Shown: positions 40,007 through 46,787 of the stretch, in pieces
Position numbering within the stretch: the first letter of the stretch is position 1
Layout: every line of letters starts with the position of its first letter
DNA from: an uncultured Candidatus Saccharibacteria bacterium
Lineage (GTDB): Bacteria; Patescibacteriota; Minisyncoccia; Phycocordibacterales; JACOZG01
Assembly (NCBI GenBank): GCA_964444555.1
Contig: CAYUHC010000004.1
Coordinates: forward strand, 1 to 46,787
DNA: 46,787 nucleotides
Direction: 5' to 3'
Made by a program: the position numbers and the translations under genes
The notes under the pieces: model-generated
Databases searched by the model: none
Told to the model about the DNA's origin: nothing
What the model saw: only the letters and a program-made list of their open reading frames with translations

Positions 40007-40428
40007 ATGGAGCGTTATCTGATTAAGGGGGTCAACGATATGCAGAGGTTCGCGGCTGACTTGGCGCGGCGGCTTAAACCTCAAGCTTCGGGCGCGACGG
40101 TTTTAGGATTGGTCGGAGACTTAGGTTCGGGCAAAACGACTTTTACTCAAGGCGTGGCTGAGGCCTTGGGGGTCAGAGGGGCGGTAACGAGTCCGACTTT
40201 TGTCATCGAGAAGGTTTACGATGGGGCCAACTCATCCACATTGATACTTATCGTTTAGAGCGAGCTGATGAGTTATTGACTTTAGGTTGGGAGCGAATTA
40301 TTAAGCCTCCGGAGAATTTGGTTTTAGTTGAATGGGCCGATCGCGTGGGTGAGCTTTTGCCCGCTTCGGCTCGGAAATTATATTTTAAATTTATCGATGA
40401 AGAAACCAGAGAAATTAGTCTTGCTTGA
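40007..40428 (+). pseudogene. tsaE: tRNA t6A37 biosynthesis ATPase TsaE, interrupted by a frameshift at a G4 run
   Basis: Frame 1 from ATG 40007 gives ...GDLGSGKTTFTQG...TSPTFVIEKVYDG and then stops at 40256-40258. The -1 coordinate frame continues GQLIHIDTYRLERADELLTLGWERII...LVLVEWADRV... to TGA 40426-40428. One extra G in GGGG (40223-40226) would join them into a normal ~140-aa TsaE. Confidence 0.75.
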
Positions 40429-42733
40429 TGTCCACGCGATTTTGCATCGCGCCTATCATGCTTTGCCGGACTTTTCTTCGAGCAAAGGTGAGGCGACGGG
40501 AGGATTGTATGGATTGGTTTCGATGTTGCTTAGGATTGTGAGCGAGATCAAGCCCGATTACGTCGTAGCTTGTTATGATTTGCCCGAGCCAACTTTTCGC
40601 AAGCAATTATATGATGAGTATAAGGCGGGCCGGCCTAAAGCCGACGAATCTTTGGTCTCGCAAATTATCCGCTCGCGCGACGTTTTTGCCGCTTTTAATA
40701 TTCCGATTTACGATACTCCCGGTTTTGAGGCCGACGATATTATTGGCACGATCGTGGAGCAATTAAAGGATCAGGAAAATCTGCAGGTGATTATTGCTTC
40801 CGGCGACATGGATACCTTGCAGTTGGTTCGCGATGATCAGGTGGTGGTGTTTACCCTTAAGAAAGGTATTAACGACACGATTCTTTATAACGAGTCGGCA
40901 GTGTTTAACCGTTTTGGTTTTGGGCCAGAGCGGTTGCCAGATTATAAAGGTTTACGCGGTGATCCTTCGGATAACATTATTGGGATCGCGGGCATTGGCG
41001 AAAAGACAGCGACAGAATTAATCACTCAATTTGGCTCACTGGAGCAAATTTACGAGCAGTTAAAGAAAGACGAGTCAGTTTTTAAGCGCGCTGGGATTAA
41101 GGATCGAGTAATTGGCTTGTTGCGTGAGGGTGAAGAAGAGGCGTTCTTTTCTAAAACTTTAGCCACGATTAGACGAGATGCGCCGATTAAGTTTGTTTTG
41201 CCGGGGTCATTTCGTCAGGGCGTGACGGTGGCGCAGGTTGAGGCGTTGTTCGCGGAGTTTGAGTTTCGGACCCTGGGTCAGAGATTGCGAGCCGCTTTGG
41301 CTGATCGTGGCGTAATGGAGGTTTCGGCGGTGCCGCCGGTATCGGCGGCACCGCTTTCGGCTGAGTTGGCGATCGCGGTCTGGCTTTTGGATTCCAACCT
41401 AACTACTCCCACCGCCGAAGACGCTTGCCGTTTGGCGGGTGTCGAAAATTTAGCGGCAGCCGAGCCAAGAATTATGGCACAGATTAAGGAACAAGGTTTA
41501 GAGACGGTCTATCGGGAGATTGAATTGCCTTTAATTCCGATTATCGCCGCGGCGGAGCGCCGAGGGATTGTGGTGGATGTGGGTTATTTGGCCAATCTTT
41601 CTCGTGAGTATCATCAGTTATTAGATCGAGAGGCGGCAGAGGTTTATCGCCAGGCGGGCCGCGAATTTAATCTTAATTCTCCTAAACAGTTGGGCGAGGT
41701 TTTGTTTGATCACTTGGGTTTATCGACGAAGGGTTTAAAAAAGACGGCCGGTGGCGCGCGCTCGACCCGCGAATCAGAATTGGCAAAGCTGGCCGACGAG
41801 CATGCGATTGTTAAAAATATTTTAGAATATCGCGAACTGTCAAAATTAGTTTCGACTTATATTGATAGCATTCCGAACTTGGTTGATCGGGATGGACGTT
41901 TGCACACTCACTTGCATCAGACCGGAACGACAACGGGTCGAATGTCTAGTTCGGAACCAAATTTGCAAAATATTCCTGCGGGCGGGGCGAGAGGTGAGGC
42001 GATTCGGCGCGCCTTTAAGCCCGGCGACGGTTTTGTGTGGGCCGGTTTTGATTACTCGCAAATTGAGATGAGGGTGTTGGCCTTACTCTCGCGTGATCCT
42101 GAGCTCGAAAGAATTTTTAAGGCCGGCGAAGATATCCATACCGGCGTGGCAGCTCGAGTTTTTAGGGTCGAGGCCGAAGCAGTAACTAAAGATATGAGAC
42201 GCCAAGCCAAGGTGATTAATTTCGGCATTATTTATGGCATGGGAGTTAACGCCTTGCGCGTTAATTTGGGTTCGACTCGCGATGAGGCTCAGGCTTTTTA
42301 TAATAATTATTTTGAAACTTTCCCGACGATTAAAAATTATTTCGAGCAGGTTAAGGCCGAAACTCTCGAGCGAGGTTACACTGAGACTTATTTTGGTCGC
42401 CGCCGCCACTTCCCAGGTTTAAATTCGCGCTTGCCGCAAGTTAGAGCGATGAATGAGCGCATGGCGATGAACGCGCCACTCCAAGGTACGGCGGCAGATA
42501 TTGTAAAAAAGGCGATGATTGCTGTCGATCAAAAGATCGTTGAGCAGGGTCTGGGGTCGGAGGCTTTCTTGCTGTTGCAGGTCCATGACGAATTAATTTA
42601 TGAGCTAAAGTCCGAGTCGGTCGAGCGGCTTTTGCCTCTAATTAGAAGCGCGATGGAGGGGGTAATGACGGAAACGAATTTGCCTTTTCCCACCTCTTTG
42701 GCCTTGGGGCCAAATTGGGCCGATGCTAAATAG
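40397..42733 (+). CDS. polA: DNA polymerase I (5'-3' exonuclease plus polymerase domains; reduced middle domain)
   Basis: The 5' nuclease N-terminus is LVLLDVHAILHRAYHALP and GFEADDIIGT. Pol motif A is DYSQIEMRVLA. Motif B is RRQAKVINFGIIYGM. Motif C is QVHDELIYE. The start is taken at ATG 40397 (MKKPEKL); the track ORF starts at 40328. Confidence 0.9.
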   Translation: MKKPEKLVLLDVHAILHRAYHALPDFSSSKGEATGGLYGLVSMLLRIVSEIKPDYVVACYDLPEPTFRKQLYDEYKAGRPKADESLVSQIIRSRDVFAAFNIPIYDTPGFEADDIIGTIVEQLKDQENLQVIIASGDMDTLQLVRDDQVVVFTLKKGINDTILYNESAVFNRFGFGPERLPDYKGLRGDPSDNIIGIAGIGEKTATELITQFGSLEQIYEQLKKDESVFKRAGIKDRVIGLLREGEEEAFFSKTLATIRRDAPIKFVLPGSFRQGVTVAQVEALFAEFEFRTLGQRLRAALADRGVMEVSAVPPVSAAPLSAELAIAVWLLDSNLTTPTAEDACRLAGVENLAAAEPRIMAQIKEQGLETVYREIELPLIPIIAAAERRGIVVDVGYLANLSREYHQLLDREAAEVYRQAGREFNLNSPKQLGEVLFDHLGLSTKGLKKTAGGARSTRESELAKLADEHAIVKNILEYRELSKLVSTYIDSIPNLVDRDGRLHTHLHQTGTTTGRMSSSEPNLQNIPAGGARGEAIRRAFKPGDGFVWAGFDYSQIEMRVLALLSRDPELERIFKAGEDIHTGVAARVFRVEAEAVTKDMRRQAKVINFGIIYGMGVNALRVNLGSTRDEAQAFYNNYFETFPTIKNYFEQVKAETLERGYTETYFGRRRHFPGLNSRLPQVRAMNERMAMNAPLQGTAADIVKKAMIAVDQKIVEQGLGSEAFLLLQVHDELIYELKSESVERLLPLIRSAMEGVMTETNLPFPTSLALGPNWADAK

Positions 42734-42756
42734 CTTCGTGCTACAATAACGGCATT

Positions 42757-43269
42757 ATGCGGCTTGGCCTTTTTTCTAAACCAGAAGTTTTGCTCGCGGT
42801 GCCTTTTTTTAAGCAAGATCGTAATTTTACCTGCGGGCCTACTGCCGTCCAAATGGCCTGCGCTTTTTGGGGCGCTCGGTTGAGCGAGTCTAAGCTGGCT
42901 AAATTGGCCCACTCTAGTCCTCTCGGCACTTCTCATGGCGGCCTATTGCAAAGTGTTCTCGACGCCCGTCTGTATTGTTATCTTAATGCTGATACTTCGA
43001 TTGAGGAAATTAAATATCTCCTGCGTAGCGGTTGGCCGGTGATTGTTAATTACACCGAGCCATCGACCAATGATGGTCATTACGCCGTAGCGATTGGTTT
43101 TTCTGATCGATCAATTATCCTTAACGATCCGTGGAATGGTCCCAACTTTAAGTTGCCTTGGCCGGAGTTTGAGCGACGTTGGTATGATCATGGACTTCAC
43201 CGATCTAGTCGCTGGCTTTTGGCGGTGGCTGATCAGCCCTTTACTCTCGGGAGAACTTACGCGCCATGA
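42757..43269 (+). CDS. Stand-alone C39-like papain-fold cysteine peptidase domain protein
   Basis: The Gln/Cys region is FFKQDRNFTCGPTAVQMA, the His region is NDGHYAVAIGF and the Asp region is IILNDPWNG. There is no ABC transporter fusion and no obvious signal peptide. Confidence 0.65.
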   Translation: MRLGLFSKPEVLLAVPFFKQDRNFTCGPTAVQMACAFWGARLSESKLAKLAHSSPLGTSHGGLLQSVLDARLYCYLNADTSIEEIKYLLRSGWPVIVNYTEPSTNDGHYAVAIGFSDRSIILNDPWNGPNFKLPWPEFERRWYDHGLHRSSRWLLAVADQPFTLGRTYAP

Positions 43270-44042
43270 GCGAATATTATAAAGCAAATCGTGGGGCGGA
43301 TTGGAATTACGGCGGCAAGAACTGGAAGCTTAGTCGCTCAAAAATTGATTTGTTTTTAGAGTGTCCGAGATGCTTTTATTTAGATAATAAGCTTGGCGTT
43401 AAGCGAGTCCCGGGCTTCCCTTTTTCTTTAAACAGCGCGGTCGACCACTTACTTAAGCAGGAATTTGATTCTCATCGGGCCAAGGGGGAGTCGCATCCGC
43501 TTCAAATTGAATACCAAGTTAAAGCCCGACCCGCGACTCATCCGGAACTCGATGAGTGGCGACGTAACTTTGGTGGCGTAAAACATTTACATCAAAAGAC
43601 CGGGCTTTTAGTCTGCGGGGCGATCGATGATCTGTGGATTAGCGACCAAGATGATTATCTGGTTGTTGACTACAAGGCTACCGCCAAAGAAGAGGCGGTT
43701 AAAGAGCTTGATAAAGAGTGGCAGATTGGCTACAAAAGGCAGATGGAAGTGTATCAATGGTTATTGCGACAGAATGGCTTAAAAGTTTCTGACACCGGTT
43801 ATTTTGTTTACTGCACTGGCAAGTTGGACCGGCAAGCCTTTGATAAAAAAATCGAATTTGATGTTAACTTGATCTCTTACACCGGCAATGATTCGTGGGT
43901 CGAGCCAACTCTGGAAGCAATCAAAGTTTGCTTGGAAGATCCAAAGTTGCCGAACTCAGGTTCCGATTGCGATCACTGTAAGTATTGGAATGCTCGCCAG
44001 CGGCTTGAACCGGTTGAGGGCGGACAAATGAGAATGCTATAA
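43266..44042 (+). CDS. PD-(D/E)XK nuclease, Cas4/RecB-like with four flanking cysteines
   Basis: ECPRCFYL lies near the N-terminus. The motifs GAIDDLWIS...YLVVDYKAT and QMEVYQWLL (QhxxY-like) are present. CDHCKYW lies near the C-terminus. The ATG overlaps the upstream stop (ATGA at 43266-43269). Confidence 0.7.
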   Translation: MSEYYKANRGADWNYGGKNWKLSRSKIDLFLECPRCFYLDNKLGVKRVPGFPFSLNSAVDHLLKQEFDSHRAKGESHPLQIEYQVKARPATHPELDEWRRNFGGVKHLHQKTGLLVCGAIDDLWISDQDDYLVVDYKATAKEEAVKELDKEWQIGYKRQMEVYQWLLRQNGLKVSDTGYFVYCTGKLDRQAFDKKIEFDVNLISYTGNDSWVEPTLEAIKVCLEDPKLPNSGSDCDHCKYWNARQRLEPVEGGQMRML

Positions 44043-44049
44043 TTTATTT

Positions 44050-44535
44050 ATGACTGAACTAATCCCTAGTCTCTCTGACGAAATTGTTTTGCGATTAATT
44101 TTGGCGGTAGTTTTGGGGGCATTGTTGGGCTTGGAGCGAACGTTGGCCGGCAAGACGGCGGGGATGAGGACTTACACCTTAGTTACTTTGGGCTCGGCTA
44201 TTTTTATCATCGTGTCCCAATTAATTACTGATCATTATTTTGCGTTGGGCGTAAGAGCGTTTGATCCACTGCGCGTAGCTTCGCAATTGGTGGTGGGAAT
44301 TGGCTTTTTGGGCGCTGGCCTGATTATTTTCCAAGATCAAAAATTGCGTGGCCTCACAACGGCCGCCGGATTGTGGGTGGCTTGTGCTTTAGGTATGGCG
44401 ATTGGCTTTGGGCTCTATCTTTTGGCGATTGCCGCAACGATTTTAACCCTGTTCATTTTTACTATTCTGCTCAAAGTTGAACAATTTCTGGAACGAAAGA
44501 TTCGGCCGCAATGGGACGAAGCTCACAAAAAATAA
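44050..44535 (+). CDS. MgtC/SapB family membrane protein
   Basis: LRLILAVVLGALLGLERTLAGKTAGMRTYTLVTLGSAIF is the MgtC family signature. It has four to five TM helices. Confidence 0.85.
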   Translation: MTELIPSLSDEIVLRLILAVVLGALLGLERTLAGKTAGMRTYTLVTLGSAIFIIVSQLITDHYFALGVRAFDPLRVASQLVVGIGFLGAGLIIFQDQKLRGLTTAAGLWVACALGMAIGFGLYLLAIAATILTLFIFTILLKVEQFLERKIRPQWDEAHKK

Positions 44536-45119
44536 CTGACCTGCGAGATCTGCGCGAGGCCGTGCTGGCTTTACCAAGTTCGGAGTTGGTTAACTTCCGT
44601 CGAGAAAATAGTTATCAGCCAGTCATTGGTGAGGGTGATCCTGACGCTCGATTAATTTTAATTGGTGAGGCTCCGGGCAAGAACGAAGCCCTTTCTGGCC
44701 GGCCTTTTTGCGGAGCCTCGGGGAAGATTCTGGACCAAATTTTGGCTGAGGTTGGCTTGGCTCGCTCGGCGATCTATATCACCAGTATTGTGAAGGACCG
44801 CCCGCCAGCCAATCGCGACCCGCAACCAGAGGAAATTGCCACTTATGCGCCTTTTTTGGATCAGCAGTTGTTGATCATCCAGCCTACGGTGATTGGTACT
44901 TTGGGCCGATTTTCGATGCAGTATATTTTGTCTCGTCTGGGCCTGGCCGAGCAGATGGGACCGATCAGTTCTCTGCACGGCCAAGTTTTTGAGGCCAAAC
45001 CCCCTTACGGAGGCGTTAAAGTGATGCCTCTGTACCATCCGGCGGCGACGATTTATAATCAGGGCCTGCGAGGCGCTTTGCTCGAAGATTTTAAAAAACT
45101 TAAGCGGCTAGTTAATTAA
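44511..45119 (+). CDS. Uracil-DNA glycosylase superfamily protein (family 4/5-like)
   Basis: Motif A is LIGEAPGKNEALSGRPFCGASGKIL and motif B is LYHPAATIYN. The N-terminal Fe-S cysteines of classical family 4 are not evident. Confidence 0.8.
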   Translation: MGRSSQKITDLRDLREAVLALPSSELVNFRRENSYQPVIGEGDPDARLILIGEAPGKNEALSGRPFCGASGKILDQILAEVGLARSAIYITSIVKDRPPANRDPQPEEIATYAPFLDQQLLIIQPTVIGTLGRFSMQYILSRLGLAEQMGPISSLHGQVFEAKPPYGGVKVMPLYHPAATIYNQGLRGALLEDFKKLKRLVN

Positions 45120-45898
45120 TGAAGCGGACACTAATCTCTTGGAATGTTAATGGCATCCGCGCCGCGGAGCGTAAGGGTTTTTTGCCCTGGTTGGCGGCGG
45201 GTAACTATGATTTGGTCTCGATCCAAGAAACCAAAGTCAGTCGCGACGTTAAGTTGACGCCAGAGCTGGTCTCGCCGCCCGGCTATCAATCTTATTGGGA
45301 TTACGCCGAGAAGAAAGGCTACAGTGGTGTAGCTAGTTTTGCCCGTCAGGATTTTTTACCCACAAAGATTGTGACAGAATTTAATGATCGCACCCTGGCT
45401 CAGGAGGGGAGATTGCTAGAATTAGCTTACCCCGAATTCTCGTTATTTAACGTTTACTTCCCCAACGGCAAACGCGACGCCACTCGGCTAAAATATAAGT
45501 TGGATTTTTATGAACATTTCTTAGCCTATCTTAAAGAGTTGCAAGCGGCGGGTCGTTCCGTTATTTTTTGCGGCGACGTCAATACTGCTCACCAAGAAAT
45601 TGATTTGGCGCGGCCAAAAGAAAATTCCAAGGTTTCTGGTTTTTTGCCGGTCGAACGAGAGTGGTTGGACCGAGTTGTTGATGCTGGCTTTGTTGATACG
45701 CTGCGCCTGTTCCACCCTGAACCAAATTTGTATAGCTGGTGGGATCAGTATAGTTTTGCCCGTGAGCGTAATGTGGGTTGGCGAATTGATTATTTTTTCG
45801 TGAGCGCCGATTTGGCGCCGAAGGTGACGGACGCTTTTATTCTAACTGACGTTTACGGTTCTGATCACGCGCCAGTTGGTCTCACTGTTGATTTATGA
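45119..45898 (+). CDS. xth: Exodeoxyribonuclease III
   Basis: ISWNVNGIRA, SIQETK, CGDVNTAH and the C-terminal GSDHAPV are present. Confidence 0.9.
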   Translation: MKRTLISWNVNGIRAAERKGFLPWLAAGNYDLVSIQETKVSRDVKLTPELVSPPGYQSYWDYAEKKGYSGVASFARQDFLPTKIVTEFNDRTLAQEGRLLELAYPEFSLFNVYFPNGKRDATRLKYKLDFYEHFLAYLKELQAAGRSVIFCGDVNTAHQEIDLARPKENSKVSGFLPVEREWLDRVVDAGFVDTLRLFHPEPNLYSWWDQYSFARERNVGWRIDYFFVSADLAPKVTDAFILTDVYGSDHAPVGLTVDL

Positions 45899-46611
45899 TC
45901 TACTTTTTTTTCGGCACTGATCAGGTCACGGCTCGCGCCAAGTGGCGCGCGGTCGGCGAATCATTTGCGAGTAAATATCCTACGGGGTCGTGCTTTGTCT
46001 TCGAAGCGGAAAATTTTAATCCTACGGTCTGGGAGGAGTTGGCGGCGGGTGCCGATCTTTTTGGGGACAAGCGCCTGGTGTTAGCTGATCGGGTGAGTGA
46101 GAATCCGGAGGCCGCGGCTTTTATTGAAACTCATTTGGCCGAATTAGTGGCGGCGCCGGTGGTTTTTGCTTGTTTAGAAACTAGTTTGGCGCCGGCCTGG
46201 CGGAAAAAATTGGAACAGGCCGGCGCCAAACTCTCGGAGTCCAAGTCAGGCAAAGTGGCCGGAGAAAGCTTTAACCCTTTTGCCCTCAGTGACGCCGTGT
46301 TAGCTCGCGATCGCAAAGCTCTGTGGTTGGAGTATCAGAAGTTGTTGGCTCTGCGGTTAGCGCCAGAAGAAATTTTTTGGAAGTTGGTTTGGCCGGTTAA
46401 GAATATGTTGTTGGTTAAGTCCGCAGGAGGTGGGGGGACGAGCCGCTTGAGCCCGGGGGTCGCCAGTCGGGCGCGTTCGGCGCTTAGTCGTTTTGCCGAT
46501 GGTGAGGTCGAAGAGTTGTCGGGGCGGTTGGTGAGATTGTGGCACGAGACCAAAGAGGAGGGGGGAGGCGACTTTGCCATTGGTCTTGAGCAATTGATCT
46601 TAACGTTATAA
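45895..46611 (+). CDS. holA: DNA polymerase III delta subunit-like protein (short)
   Basis: The N-terminus is IYFFFGTDQ. The domain-III-like segment is FNPFALSDAVLARDRKALWLEYQKLLALRLAPEEIFWKLVWPVKNMLLVK. It is shorter than typical HolA, so this is a moderate-confidence call. Confidence 0.55.
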   Translation: MIYFFFGTDQVTARAKWRAVGESFASKYPTGSCFVFEAENFNPTVWEELAAGADLFGDKRLVLADRVSENPEAAAFIETHLAELVAAPVVFACLETSLAPAWRKKLEQAGAKLSESKSGKVAGESFNPFALSDAVLARDRKALWLEYQKLLALRLAPEEIFWKLVWPVKNMLLVKSAGGGGTSRLSPGVASRARSALSRFADGEVEELSGRLVRLWHETKEEGGGDFAIGLEQLILTL

Positions 46612-46634
46612 TAGATTAGTATTTCGTTGCATGA

Positions 46635-46707
46635 GCCCTGTTAGCTCAGTTGGTAGAGCAGCTGCCTTTTAAGCAGACGGTCGCAGGTTCGATTCCTGCA
46701 CAGGGCA
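46635..46707 (+). tRNA. tRNA-Lys (anticodon TTT)
   Basis: Acceptor is GCCCTGT/ACAGGGC and the D arm is GCTCAGTTGGTAGAGC. The loop CTTTTAA gives anticodon TTT. T arm is GCAGG-TTCGATT-CCTGC. The next bases are CTT, so no CCA is encoded. Confidence 0.9.
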
Positions 46708-46717
46708 CTTGGATACG

Positions 46718-46787
46718 GTGCTTATTCTCGATAATCTCCGCAGTGCCGAAAATGTTGGCGCGATTTTCCGTACGGCCGATGCCGCTG
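46718..46787 (+). CDS. SpoU/TrmH family RNA 2'-O-methyltransferase, 5' fragment running off the window
   Basis: From GTG 46718 the translation is VLILDNLRSAENVGAIFRTADAA, which matches SpoU motif 1 (NxGxIxRtA). Only 23 codons are visible. Confidence 0.5.
   Translation, partial: MLILDNLRSAENVGAIFRTADAA

Noticed and set aside
40328-40396. Upstream extension of the polA ORF (MNGPIAWVSFCPLRLGNYILNLS)
   Set aside because: This region is the C-terminal coding part of tsaE in another frame. Pol I homology starts at MKKPEKLVLLD (ATG 40397).
1-46787. Search by eye for CRISPR arrays, rRNA genes, transposases or IS elements, reverse transcriptase or DGR components, toxin-antitoxin pairs, tmRNA, RNase P RNA and SRP RNA
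   Set aside because: I found no regularly spaced direct repeats, no rRNA-like conserved blocks, no DDE or RT motifs in any track ORF, and no diagnostic ncRNA motifs. Absence is by inspection only and should be confirmed with Rfam/Infernal and ISfinder-type searches.

Overview
This 46.8-kb window is a compact, gene-dense bacterial chromosome segment that crosses the replication-origin neighbourhood, with yidC-rnpA-rpmH on the minus strand facing dnaA-dnaN on the plus strand. The gene content resembles a Patescibacteria/CPR-type organism, but that taxonomic call is inference only. It rests on short housekeeping proteins, a LysM-M23 hydrolase, a lone PilB-type ATPase, a PrgI/VirB4/VirB6-like cluster, TSP3-repeat and large unknown secreted proteins, and almost no Shine-Dalgarno motifs. 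I call about 50 protein genes, 5 tRNA genes (none encodes its CCA end), several intrinsic terminators, DnaA-box clusters around dnaA, two long inverted repeats and one frameshifted gene (tsaE). No rRNA, CRISPR array, transposase or reverse transcriptase was seen. The most interesting items are: (1) a 12.5-kb, 11-gene origin-proximal envelope machine (14159-26730) with a minimal type-IV-secretion-like core, many unknown secreted or membrane proteins, and no coupling protein, relaxase or VirB11; (2) a GC-rich, Shine-Dalgarno-bearing island with two PEP-CTERM proteins wedged between yebC-ruvC and ruvB (35560-36975), with no exosortase in the window; (3) a type-II, Leu-like tRNA whose anticodon reads CCA (3094-3178), inside an AT-rich patch next to a tyrosine recombinase; (4) a roughly 175-nt element closed by a 27-bp helix and a U-run (38037-38213), which is an ncRNA candidate; (5) -10-like hexamers 6-9 nt upstream of most operon-leading start codons, which points to leaderless mRNAs; (6) a translationally coupled C39-like peptidase and Cas4/RecB-like nuclease pair. 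All calls come from reading the sequence and the ORF track by eye. No database search was run.
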